A stretch of 53,984 nt of DNA. Origin: a virus (lineage: Duplodnaviria > Caudoviricetes). The position numbers and the translations under genes are program-made. The notes under the pieces are model-generated. The model worked only from the letters and a program-made list of their open reading frames with translations, searched no databases and was not told where the DNA came from. Shown piece after piece: positions 1 to 9,174 of this stretch. The stretch is from positions 1 through 53,984 of IMG/VR virus record IMGVR_UViG_3300023184_002982, one strand, 5' to 3'. Each line of letters opens with the position of its first letter. Position 1 is the stretch's first letter.

Positions 1-29
1 GCGTGTTATTTGTTGAGTAAGGTGTTTAA

Positions 30-1214
30 ATGAATGATTTTATGATGGATTATGACAAGTTCAAAAGAACTTGGACAGTCAAAACAGAATTACCAGTAGA
101 GTTCAAACTAACATACTCTGCTAATATTTTCAATCCTGCGAACCATGACTTGGTATCATATAGTACCAATAATCGGGTGATGATTGTCATTGATCAAAAT
201 GTACATAAGTTCTATGCTGTACAATTAATGGAATATTTTAATTCCCACAAAGTCAAATATTCTATGTTGGTTATAGACACTAACGAAGAGAGTAAGAATT
301 GGGAAGATGCAGACTATATTTTACAATTTTTTGAAGATGAGGGGGTGTTACGCCGTGAACCGATTATCGCCATTGGTGGTGGTGTGTTGCTTGACATTGT
401 TGGCTTTGCTTGCAGCATATATCGTCGTGGAATCCCATACATCAAAGTCCCAACTACTCTACTGGCCATTGTTGATGCTTCCGTAGGTTCAAAAGTAGCA
501 GTCAATCATTTTGAAAGACGCAATCGACTTGGTGCATACTATCCACCAATCGCTACATTGATTGACAAGAAATTTATCAAGACACAGAGTGAACGTGAGA
601 TTGTTAATGGTATTGCTGAGATATTCAAGTTAGCGATTATTAAATCACCAGAACTGTTTGCTCTGCTCGAAGAGAATGCTGAACTATTGATTGAAGAGAA
701 GTTTCAGTATGGTGCAGTGCCAGTTCGTGTAATCAATCTTGCTATCACAGATATGATTGCTGAACTTGGTCCGAATCTGTGGGAAAGAAAACTTGATCGT
801 TGTGTAGACTTTGGTCACACATTCAGTCCTGTGATTGAAATGGCAAATGTTAAAGATTCATTTGATCCCGATAATCCACCATACTTTACAAAAGATAATA
901 TGTTGCTGCATGGAGAAGCAGTAGCACTTGATTGTCTATACAGTTCATGTATTGCATGTCTCCGAGGTTACATAGGTCAGAGTGTTCTCAATCGAATATT
1001 CAATCTAGCAAAACGATTAAAATTAAAAACATATCATGAAGATTTCACAAAAATAGAATTGCTTCAACAAAGTTTGGCAGATGCGACCAAGCATCGAAAT
1101 GGCAATCAGTTTGCGCCGTTGCCAATATATGTGGGTAATTATAAAATTGTGAATGATATTACCCAAAGTGAGATGAAATACGCAATTGAACTTTTTAGGA
1201 CTTATCATGATTAA
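30..1214 (+). CDS. Sedoheptulose-7-phosphate cyclase, 2-epi-5-epi-valiolone synthase (EEVS)-like, DHQS superfamily
   Basis: GGGVLLDIVGF, VPTTLLAIVDASVG, DFGHTFSP and LLHGEAVALD motifs of the DHQS fold; MIAELGPNLWE resembles the EEVS signature (MLEELxPNLWE) more than AroB or DDGS. Confidence 0.8.
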   Translation: MNDFMMDYDKFKRTWTVKTELPVEFKLTYSANIFNPANHDLVSYSTNNRVMIVIDQNVHKFYAVQLMEYFNSHKVKYSMLVIDTNEESKNWEDADYILQFFEDEGVLRREPIIAIGGGVLLDIVGFACSIYRRGIPYIKVPTTLLAIVDASVGSKVAVNHFERRNRLGAYYPPIATLIDKKFIKTQSEREIVNGIAEIFKLAIIKSPELFALLEENAELLIEEKFQYGAVPVRVINLAITDMIAELGPNLWERKLDRCVDFGHTFSPVIEMANVKDSFDPDNPPYFTKDNMLLHGEAVALDCLYSSCIACLRGYIGQSVLNRIFNLAKRLKLKTYHEDFTKIELLQQSLADATKHRNGNQFAPLPIYVGNYKIVNDITQSEMKYAIELFRTYHD

Positions 1215-1884
1215 GAAAAATGCTGTGGTGACAGGTTGCAGTTATGGTTTGGGTGCAGAGATTTGTCGTAAATTAATTGACGATGGTTATCATGTCTATG
1301 GTCTATCACGCAGTAAACCACCAGAAAGTTTCTTGAAATTTCCAGAAGATTTTACATGGGTTGAATGTGATATTTCAAGTTACGATGACGTTAGATTGGC
1401 ATTCAAATATACGAATCAATACACTGATGTTCTAGTCAATAATGCTGGTGTGTTTACTGGTGGAAAGTTTGCAGCACAAAATCATGAAGCAATCGATAAG
1501 GTGATTGATGTCAATGTCAAAGGTGCCATGTATGTGACCAATGAAGCATTGAAGTGGATGCCATCAGGGTCACGCATATTCTTTATCAATTCAGTTTCTG
1601 GTTTGTATGAAATAGAGCATGAAGCAATCTATGGTGCATCGAAACATGCACTCACCGCATTTGCAGGTGTGTTAGGCAAAGAACTACAGAGTCGTGGCAT
1701 TTCTGTTACTAGCATTCATCCTGGTAGTATTGAGACACCGATGCAAAGAACCAATCCTAATAATGCACCAAATAAGTTTATGAAACCAGAAGAGATTGCT
1801 AATCTGATTTCATTTATTTGTAAGACTGAACATGTAGAATACAAAACAATCAAAATGTTTCCGAGTACAGAATGGCACCAGTAA
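1207..1884 (+). CDS. Short-chain dehydrogenase/reductase
   Basis: VVTGCSYGLG, LVNNAG and YGASK motifs; start moved to ATG 1207 overlapping the upstream stop. Confidence 0.9.
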   Translation: MIKKNAVVTGCSYGLGAEICRKLIDDGYHVYGLSRSKPPESFLKFPEDFTWVECDISSYDDVRLAFKYTNQYTDVLVNNAGVFTGGKFAAQNHEAIDKVIDVNVKGAMYVTNEALKWMPSGSRIFFINSVSGLYEIEHEAIYGASKHALTAFAGVLGKELQSRGISVTSIHPGSIETPMQRTNPNNAPNKFMKPEEIANLISFICKTEHVEYKTIKMFPSTEWHQ

Positions 1885-2579
1885 AAAATAAAACACTATT
1901 CATAGTAACATCTGCTTTGAATCCTGAGATGGGTATCATCAATCGGGAAGATCGATTCAACCAAACCATCGATGGATTAAAATCACTTCGTGAAAAGATG
2001 CCTGATGCATTAGTTTTGACGGTAGACGGATCACCCAACAAGATTGAAGAAGACAAAGTTAAAGCACTTCGTGAATATGTAAACTTCTTTGCAGATTTCT
2101 CACAAGACAAAGAAATACTTCAATTCTCCAGCGCAGGTAGAAAAAGTGAAGCAGAAAATGTGTTGCTCTTTAAAACTATGCTATTATTAAAGCAAGATGA
2201 TGGACTAAAAGAAGTAATGGAATCAGTCAATAGGATAGTAAAACTGTCTGGTCGCACCATCCTGACCGATGGATTTGATATTGCTGAACATGACCATTCC
2301 GGTAAATATGTGTTCAAAACACGTATGCCAACATGGATAGCAGATTCCCGTAAAGAGTTTGCCACAGACTTGCTGATTACCCGTATGTACTCACTCTGCC
2401 CAACCCTGATAGACAACTATATGAATCTGTGCTCTATCAATGTCAACCTAATCAACCAGACCCATATTGACACGGAACATGCCCATTTTGTCAATATAAA
2501 CAAGGACTTACTGGTAGAACTAGACATGATCCACTGCCAAGGCATCATGGCAGGTACTGGATTGACGGAAATTTATTAA
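1872..2579 (+). CDS. Hypothetical protein, possibly glycosyltransferase-like
   Basis: 235-aa ORF coupled to the SDR gene; FIVTSAL...R..QT..L.S and KLSGR segments recall phage sugar-cluster proteins. Confidence 0.5.
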   Translation: MAPVKNKTLFIVTSALNPEMGIINREDRFNQTIDGLKSLREKMPDALVLTVDGSPNKIEEDKVKALREYVNFFADFSQDKEILQFSSAGRKSEAENVLLFKTMLLLKQDDGLKEVMESVNRIVKLSGRTILTDGFDIAEHDHSGKYVFKTRMPTWIADSRKEFATDLLITRMYSLCPTLIDNYMNLCSINVNLINQTHIDTEHAHFVNINKDLLVELDMIHCQGIMAGTGLTEIY

Positions 2580-2581
2580 TG

Positions 2582-2666
2582 CCTAAATATAAAAAACTGC
2601 TATAGAGGCATGTCAATACGAATTCGGTAAACGAATTCCGTCCAAATATCCTGCCTCTACTTTATA
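2582..2666 (+). promoter_or_regulatory. T4-type late promoter-like site followed by a structured leader
   Basis: CCTAAATA 2582-2589; TAGAGGCA 2603-2610 pairs with TGCCTCTA 2652-2659; inner hairpin GAATTCG-GTAAA-CGAATTC 2620-2638. Confidence 0.45.
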
Positions 2667-2676
2667 AAATAGAGAT

Positions 2677-4338
2677 ATGGATTCAGAAAAAAACTACGAT
2701 CAGATTTTAAAAGATACATTACTTGAAGGTGTCCATGATAAGGGCATTTTCAAAGCAGTCTTTTTGGCTGGCGGTCCAGGTTCCGGTAAGGATTATGTCC
2801 TTAATAATACATTAGATGGTCATGGTCTTGTAGAGATTAATTCCGACAAGGCACTTGAGTATTTGATGGATAAGGAAGACCTCGACAAGAGGATGCCAGA
2901 CAATGAAGAAGCACAACGTAATGAAGCACGTAAACGTGCCAAGAATGTTACAGAACTCCGTCAACGATTAGCACTTCATGGTCGTAATGGTTTGATTATT
3001 AATGGCACAGGCGATGATCCCGAAAAGTATAAGAAAATTAAGAAGACTCTTGAGAAGATGGGGTATGAAACCAAGTGTGTGATGGTTAACACTGATGATG
3101 AAGTATCTCAAAGTAGAAACATTGAGCGTGGTCAGCGTGGTGGTCGTACAGTGCCAGAAAACATTCGTAAACAAAAATGGGATGCTGTACAAGCTGCAAG
3201 ACCTGAACTGGCGAAGATGTTTCGTGATAACTATGTTGAGTTCGATAATTCTTTTGATGCTAGAAATATAGATCAAGCAACAAAAGATGAAAAGGATAAA
3301 GAATTACAAGCAATTTATAAAGATGTTGCTAAATTTGTAAATTCTAAACCAAAAAACAATCAGTCTAAAGAATGGGTTGCAAATGAAATGTCTCGTAAAG
3401 ACACAGCACCCATTAATAAAAAAGCTGAACCACATCCTAATTCAAGTGCTGGCGATAAAGCCCGTGAGTTGGGATTAGAATACTATGGTTTTGGACGTTA
3501 TGGTAAGAATGGTAAAGTTACTCATCGTTCAGTTCACGATAGCCTAGTAGAAATTACAAATAAAAAACCACTTACACCTAGAGTTCCAGTTAGTGGAAGT
3601 TCTGGTAGTAATGTTGGTATGAAAACTGTACACAAAGAAAAGTTATCGAGTATTAAATCCAGTTCGAAATTACCAAAAGATATTAAGAAAGAAAATTTTG
3701 ATTCTGAATTCCAAAGTTTCTTAAATGAGAGCATTCCGAAAGAGAAGCATATCACCGATAGGAACGGAAATATTCGTGTATTTGTTTTACGTAATTCAGC
3801 AGCAAAAGAAGCTCATGTGAAAAACGGTGAGGTTCACAAACATCCAAAAGGCTATATTGTCAAACTTAAAGGGGAAAACATCAATGAACTCTATGCTAAC
3901 GAATTTAACTCAATGGATTCAGTCTATTCTCAAACTGTTCCAGCCACTACCGCCGCAGAATTATCAAAGGGTAGAACCAACTCTAAACGAAGAGAAAAGC
4001 CAGCCCTCGACAAACCCTACAGTGAGTCCTACAACGGAACCGGAAGTGAAGCCCGTACCAAAATCACCTTCAACCAAATCAAAGAGAACTGGCGCAAGAA
4101 AATCGAAGAGTCAATCGACAAAGGGATAGAGCCAGGTCTTTCTATGGCAGGTGCGGGTGAATCTCCTGCACGTGACATGGGTGAGAAGTTGAGTAAGAAA
4201 GGTAAGGCAACACAAGTTATACCTATTAAAGAATTAACTGGTGATGAAACCGGAGCATCAATTGGGGATCAAAAAGAAGATGAGTTGAAGAAAAAAGGTA
4301 TTAGTTTACTTTCATTTAAGAAAAAGAATTACGTATGA
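2677..4338 (+). CDS. Zeta-toxin-like P-loop kinase with long charged C-terminal extension
   Basis: KAVFLAGGPGSGKD Walker A, INSD, LIINGTG, RN..R..R lid motif. Confidence 0.7.
   Translation: MDSEKNYDQILKDTLLEGVHDKGIFKAVFLAGGPGSGKDYVLNNTLDGHGLVEINSDKALEYLMDKEDLDKRMPDNEEAQRNEARKRAKNVTELRQRLALHGRNGLIINGTGDDPEKYKKIKKTLEKMGYETKCVMVNTDDEVSQSRNIERGQRGGRTVPENIRKQKWDAVQAARPELAKMFRDNYVEFDNSFDARNIDQATKDEKDKELQAIYKDVAKFVNSKPKNNQSKEWVANEMSRKDTAPINKKAEPHPNSSAGDKARELGLEYYGFGRYGKNGKVTHRSVHDSLVEITNKKPLTPRVPVSGSSGSNVGMKTVHKEKLSSIKSSSKLPKDIKKENFDSEFQSFLNESIPKEKHITDRNGNIRVFVLRNSAAKEAHVKNGEVHKHPKGYIVKLKGENINELYANEFNSMDSVYSQTVPATTAAELSKGRTNSKRREKPALDKPYSESYNGTGSEARTKITFNQIKENWRKKIEESIDKGIEPGLSMAGAGESPARDMGEKLSKKGKATQVIPIKELTGDETGASIGDQKEDELKKKGISLLSFKKKNYV
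3884..4129 (+). CDS. Putative nested (+1 frame) small protein with amphipathic N-helix and Pro/Lys-rich tail
   Basis: AAGGGG upstream of ATG 3884; 81-aa open frame entirely inside 2677..4338. Confidence 0.45.
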   Translation: MNSMLTNLTQWIQSILKLFQPLPPQNYQRVEPTLNEEKSQPSTNPTVSPTTEPEVKPVPKSPSTKSKRTGARKSKSQSTKG

Positions 4339-5174
4339 AAAAATTCAACGATTATATAACTGAAACTGGTGGTTGTTGGTCAGGATATAAAAGAGTTTCA
4401 GGTAAAAAGAAATTTGAAAAAGGTTCCTGTGTTAAAGAAGAAACTAAATCTGGAGATTCTTCTTTACATGATTGGTTCACTAAAAGTAAATCATCGGATG
4501 GTAAACCAGGATGGGTTCAGTTAGGTGGACGATACGCAGGTAAGTCGTGTGCAAAACAACCAGGTCAAACTACAAAACCTAAATGTGGTAGTTCAAAGAT
4601 GGCAGCAAACATGTCGGATAAAGAAGAAGATGCAGCAGCAAAAAGAAAAAGAGCGCAAGACCCAAATCCAAATAGAAGTGGCAAAGCGATAAATGTCCCG
4701 ACAGAAGGAAAAAGAAAAATGAAAGAAGAGATTGAACACATCGAAGAAGATGCATGTACAACTAAAGTCAAATCACGTTACTCTGTATGGCCAAGTGCAT
4801 ATGCTTCTGGCGCATTAGTAAAGTGCCGTAAAGTTGGTGCAGCTAATTGGGGCAATAAAACAAAAAAAGAATCTGTACAAGTACTATCGTTCAAACAATA
4901 CTTAAATGAAGTTGCTGCATGGCAACGCAAAGAAGGCAAGAATCCTGAAGGTGGTTTGAATCGTAAAGGCGTGGAGTCATATCGCGCTGAACATCCTGGT
5001 TCAAAGTTATCTATGGCTGTGACAACGAAGCCAAGTAAATTGAAAGCTGGTTCCAAAGCAGCGAACCGAAGGAAATCATTCTGTGCCAGAATGAGTGGCG
5101 TAGAAGGACCTATGAAAAAACCAAATGGGGAACCAACTCGTAAATCGTTGGCTTTGAGAAAATGGAATTGTTAA
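4335..5174 (+). CDS. Basic multi-module protein conserved in T4-like phages (DUF6321-like C-terminal module); probable internal head protein
   Basis: N-terminus MKKFNDYITE; module AAWQRKEGKNPEGGLN...RRKSFCARM...LRKWNC. Confidence 0.6.
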   Translation: MKKFNDYITETGGCWSGYKRVSGKKKFEKGSCVKEETKSGDSSLHDWFTKSKSSDGKPGWVQLGGRYAGKSCAKQPGQTTKPKCGSSKMAANMSDKEEDAAAKRKRAQDPNPNRSGKAINVPTEGKRKMKEEIEHIEEDACTTKVKSRYSVWPSAYASGALVKCRKVGAANWGNKTKKESVQVLSFKQYLNEVAAWQRKEGKNPEGGLNRKGVESYRAEHPGSKLSMAVTTKPSKLKAGSKAANRRKSFCARMSGVEGPMKKPNGEPTRKSLALRKWNC

Positions 5175-5593
5175 ATAAATGCTGCACTCGTTGTAAAGAA
5201 GAAAAACCTTTAACCAACGAACACTTTCCACCACATAATAAAGTTAAATCAGGATTTGATAGTTGGTGTCGTTTATGTAGGAATTCATATAAAAGAAGTC
5301 GTTTAGAAAAACGATATGCTGAAATGATGCCAGAAGAAGAATTGAAAAAAATACGAGAAGAAATAAAACAATGTGTAATTTGTGGATCAGAAGAAAAATT
5401 AGTGGTTGATCACGATCACAAAACAAACAAAGTAAGAGGTATGTTGTGTAATCATTGTAATAGAGGTTTAGGGCATTTTAGAGATGATCCTATGCTTCTG
5501 GAGTTTGCTGCTCAATATCTTTATGCCAGTGCAGATAAACCCGAATGGAAAAAATATTTGATCACAACACTAAAAAAAGAATTTATAAAATAA
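5162..5593 (+). CDS. Endonuclease VII-family (His-Me) putative homing endonuclease
   Basis: CVICG...LVVDHDH...VRGMLCNHCNRGLGHFRDD plus N-terminal CxxC...CxxC. Confidence 0.85.
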   Translation: MELLNKCCTRCKEEKPLTNEHFPPHNKVKSGFDSWCRLCRNSYKRSRLEKRYAEMMPEEELKKIREEIKQCVICGSEEKLVVDHDHKTNKVRGMLCNHCNRGLGHFRDDPMLLEFAAQYLYASADKPEWKKYLITTLKKEFIK

Positions 5594-5607
5594 AATAGGA
5601 GACTTAA

Positions 5608-7137
5608 ATGTCAATTTTCAATGATAAATCACTAAAAAGTGTAGCAGAAGCAGCAGCCAAGATCATGGAAGCTGAAAAGATGGCTACAAAAGACCACGAT
5701 AAAGATGGCAAGATCGAAACGGGTAAAGAAGAATATCTCGGTTCCCGTATTCGTGCTGCCAGACTTGCTGGTAAGCTGAAGGAAGAGGAGCAGTTAGATG
5801 AACTGAGCAAATCTACAGTTAAATCCTATGTCGTGAAAAAAATGGAAAAGCCAACAACTGACAAGAAAGATGTTAAAGGTATGACAAATGCCTATAATCG
5901 TTTGAAAGGTTACAAACCAACATCCGAAGCAGTTGAGTTGGATGAAGATAGGGGTGATGTTCGTGTTCGTAACAAAACTTCTGGTAAAGAATTAATGGTT
6001 CCCTTTACAGCAGTAAAAACATATGAAAAGCATGGTTACTTTCCAGTTCCTGGTAGCGTCAAAGAAGGTTTTGATGATATGGAAAAATATCTGAAAGACA
6101 AAAACAAAGAAAGTTCTTTTGAAAAAAAGAAAACTGACAAAGGTACTGCATATTCAAGGAAGCCAGAAAAGACTGAGAAGAAAGTCGAAGAAGGTTTCGA
6201 GGATATGGAAAAGTACATGAAAGATAAGAACAAACCACAACCAAGTGGTGGTGCTGGTAAGAAACCAGGTAAGGCATACGGTGGCAGCAAACAACCTGAC
6301 GAAAAGAAAAGCATGACTGAAATGCTTGAGTTGTACAATGAGCACGGTCTTAAAGTTCTTTCGATGATGAACACTAAGTCAGTAAAGTTTGGTGACACTG
6401 AAGTTGAAGTTCTTGATGCTGATGATGTTAACGGTTTTGTTGAGACTGTTGTCGAAGAAGTTGACAACGAAACATTCACCAAAGAAGTTAATGCACAGAA
6501 AGCAAAAGCCGAAGGTAAAGGTAAGAAAGCAGAAGTTGCCAAAGCATCCGTTCAAGCTGTAAAGCAGGAAGAAGTTGAACACTTGGATGAAATAAGTAAA
6601 AAAACTCTTGGTTCCTATGTTAAAAAAGCCTCTAATTCCGATAATGATTCACAGGGTGATTTAGTTAAATCGGGACGCGAATCTGGTGTTACAAAAGCTG
6701 CGTATAGAACACAAGGATTAGCACATAAAAAAGGAACTGATGGTTTCAGGAAATATAAAGCTGAATCAGTTGAACTTGGTGAAGCCCGTAAGTTAGAAGG
6801 TTCTTATAAAAACGCAGGTGGTCACGAATCTAAAGTTTACAAGTTATCTGGTGAACATAACGAAGGTGATCCTTATCACGTAAAACTTTTTAAGGGTGGT
6901 AAACATCACGAACCTGCTGATTACTTCACAAATGACAAAGACGATGCACATTCAACAGCTAAACGTATGGTGAAAGAATCATTGGATGAGCGTCATCTAA
7001 CTGCTGCCGAAACTAAAAAGAAAGAAGAAACTGTCAAATCAATGAAGAAAGGTCTTTCTGGTTTCAAAGCACGTTATGGTGATCGTGCCAAAGAAGTTAT
7101 GTATGCAACTGCAACCAAGCAAGCTAAGAAGGATTAA
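5608..7137 (+). CDS. Lys/Glu-rich modular protein, probable internal head protein
   Basis: Repeated EEEQLDELSK, VELDE, EEVEHLDEISK, VELGE, ESLDE motifs; duplicated EGFxDMEKYxKDKNK. Confidence 0.6.
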   Translation: MSIFNDKSLKSVAEAAAKIMEAEKMATKDHDKDGKIETGKEEYLGSRIRAARLAGKLKEEEQLDELSKSTVKSYVVKKMEKPTTDKKDVKGMTNAYNRLKGYKPTSEAVELDEDRGDVRVRNKTSGKELMVPFTAVKTYEKHGYFPVPGSVKEGFDDMEKYLKDKNKESSFEKKKTDKGTAYSRKPEKTEKKVEEGFEDMEKYMKDKNKPQPSGGAGKKPGKAYGGSKQPDEKKSMTEMLELYNEHGLKVLSMMNTKSVKFGDTEVEVLDADDVNGFVETVVEEVDNETFTKEVNAQKAKAEGKGKKAEVAKASVQAVKQEEVEHLDEISKKTLGSYVKKASNSDNDSQGDLVKSGRESGVTKAAYRTQGLAHKKGTDGFRKYKAESVELGEARKLEGSYKNAGGHESKVYKLSGEHNEGDPYHVKLFKGGKHHEPADYFTNDKDDAHSTAKRMVKESLDERHLTAAETKKKEETVKSMKKGLSGFKARYGDRAKEVMYATATKQAKKD

Positions 7138-7139
7138 TT

Positions 7140-9128
7140 ATGCGTAAGTTAGGCAAAATCAAAATCAACATCAAAGAGCCTACACCTACTGCTGCTGAAC
7201 GTCTTAATCAATCACAACAGGCAATCCGCAAAGCAAAGGGGTTGCCTGATCCATCTCACTATAAACAGATGGCAGCGCAGAAAAAGGCAGAAATTGATGC
7301 AATGAAAGAAGAAAAGCAGACAGAACTTAAACCACGTAATTTTGTGGCTAAAAATGCCAAGACTGTTGGCGCAGGAAAACATAAAGATATCAGAAAAATG
7401 TTAAAAGATGTTCGTGGTCAGAAGCATAAAGGGAAGATGGAAGAAGAAGTTGAACAACTTGATGAGTTGAGTAGAAGAGCATTGGGAAACTATACTACAG
7501 CCGCAGCCCTTAATTTAAGTAAGGTTTCTCATAATATAGGTGGAGAACTAGCTAAATCTAATTATTCGGACAATCCTGAACATAAAAAATATGATTATTT
7601 TAAAGACCCAAATAAAAGGAAAATGCTTAAACGTGTTTCTGGTATCACTAAAGCATCAATGAGATTAGCCAAAGAAGAAGTCGAACAACTCGATGAGATG
7701 CCAGAATCCAGTATGAAGACACGTGATGTACATGCACACCTTAAATCAAAAGGTTGGGCTATTGCACGTACTTCTGGTGGACACGACATCTATAAGCATC
7801 CTAAAGCTAAGAATGTAATTGCTGTTCCACGACATAAACAATTAAAAGCACCTTTAATAAAAGGTATTTTGAAGTCATCACATGTATCTGAAGAAGTGGT
7901 GAAAGAAGCAATCAAACTTGGCGGTACAGGAGGTCGCGGAAATATTTACCAATACGACAGGAATCCACCACCAAAAGATGGCAATGAATTGGAGAACGTA
8001 CCTTTTCATGCTAAAACTGAACCACAAAAAAAGTTACAGAATGCCTTAACCGATTTAGGAAAAAAAATGAAAGAGACACATCCTAAACTAAAAGAAGCTT
8101 TAGGTGACCCTATTACTATTGTTAAGAAGGGTACCAATATCAAGCAAAAGATTAGTCCTAATTCTTATGAAACATTCAAGCATCACGGTTTCCGTAAAGA
8201 AGAAAAAGACAAACGCGAATATGGATACGAAGGTGACATGGCAATTAGTCAATTAAAGACTGTTGCTCGTCATGCTGAACATCTAATGGGTATGTTAAAA
8301 CCTGATACAGATTTACCAGAATGGGTACAATCAAAAATTACTTTGGCAACCGATTATCTTCAGACTGCTCACGATTACATGATGAGTGAAATGAATGAAG
8401 ATACATTAAAGGAAGGTCGTGCATCACAGCGTCATCCTTTAGAAGGTCATGAGTATCACAAGAAGTCTAATGAAGCATTAGTTCACATTGCTAAAGATGC
8501 ACATAAGGCAGCAGAGGCAATGAAAGGTCACAATACAGATGCAGAAAACAAATACCGTGACCAAGCAAATGATTCTGCAACAGTACGTCATTTCCGTCAG
8601 AAAAATGGTATGCCTGATTGGTATAAAAAGAAATACGGTCATGTGAATGAAGAAGTTGAACAAATTGATGAGTTATCAAACAAAACTTTGCACTCATACG
8701 TTCATAAAGCAACTCCTCAGTCACATCTTAGGACTAAAGGGATCAACAAAGCTTTGACTAAATCTATGTACAAAGCAATGGCACCTAAACCTAAATCTGT
8801 GAAAGAAGAATCTGAAGTCATGAGTGAAGACAAGAGTGACTACCAGAGAAAGATTGAAAAGAACAACAAGAGATTTGTAGCGGCAACTAAGCGTCAACAG
8901 AATCCTCTTACCAATGTTCATACAGCAAAAGAAATAGAAAAAAGAATGCAACAGAAATCCGTCAAGGAATCTGCTGAAGAACCAACAGAAGGTGAAATGA
9001 AGGGTAAGCAGCAGGGTATATCTCGTCGAGCACAGATCGTCAAGGATGCTGCCAAGGGTAAGAAATCAGACAATTTAGATAAGTTTCAGAAAGACCCTGA
9101 GTTGTCAAGCGAGATTCATAAGACTTAA
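7140..9128 (+). CDS. Lys/Glu-rich modular protein with an internal HicA-like domain, probable internal head protein
   Basis: EEVEQ(L/I)DE occurs three times; HicA-like segment at about 7713-7884. Confidence 0.65.
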   Translation: MRKLGKIKINIKEPTPTAAERLNQSQQAIRKAKGLPDPSHYKQMAAQKKAEIDAMKEEKQTELKPRNFVAKNAKTVGAGKHKDIRKMLKDVRGQKHKGKMEEEVEQLDELSRRALGNYTTAAALNLSKVSHNIGGELAKSNYSDNPEHKKYDYFKDPNKRKMLKRVSGITKASMRLAKEEVEQLDEMPESSMKTRDVHAHLKSKGWAIARTSGGHDIYKHPKAKNVIAVPRHKQLKAPLIKGILKSSHVSEEVVKEAIKLGGTGGRGNIYQYDRNPPPKDGNELENVPFHAKTEPQKKLQNALTDLGKKMKETHPKLKEALGDPITIVKKGTNIKQKISPNSYETFKHHGFRKEEKDKREYGYEGDMAISQLKTVARHAEHLMGMLKPDTDLPEWVQSKITLATDYLQTAHDYMMSEMNEDTLKEGRASQRHPLEGHEYHKKSNEALVHIAKDAHKAAEAMKGHNTDAENKYRDQANDSATVRHFRQKNGMPDWYKKKYGHVNEEVEQIDELSNKTLHSYVHKATPQSHLRTKGINKALTKSMYKAMAPKPKSVKEESEVMSEDKSDYQRKIEKNNKRFVAATKRQQNPLTNVHTAKEIEKRMQQKSVKESAEEPTEGEMKGKQQGISRRAQIVKDAAKGKKSDNLDKFQKDPELSSEIHKT

Positions 9129-9135
9129 AGAATAA

Positions 9136-9143
9136 CATAAATA
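9136..9143 (+). promoter_or_regulatory. T4-type late promoter
   Basis: CATAAATA, one mismatch to TATAAATA, intergenic and upstream of AGGAG and ATG 9175. Confidence 0.55.
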
Positions 9144-9174
9144 ATAAATCAAATAGTTTTTTTAGGAGAAAAAC

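Noticed and set aside
314-8951. Minus-strand ORFs such as 6036..6542
   Set aside because: Shadows of Lys/Glu-rich plus-strand genes with no SD or motifs
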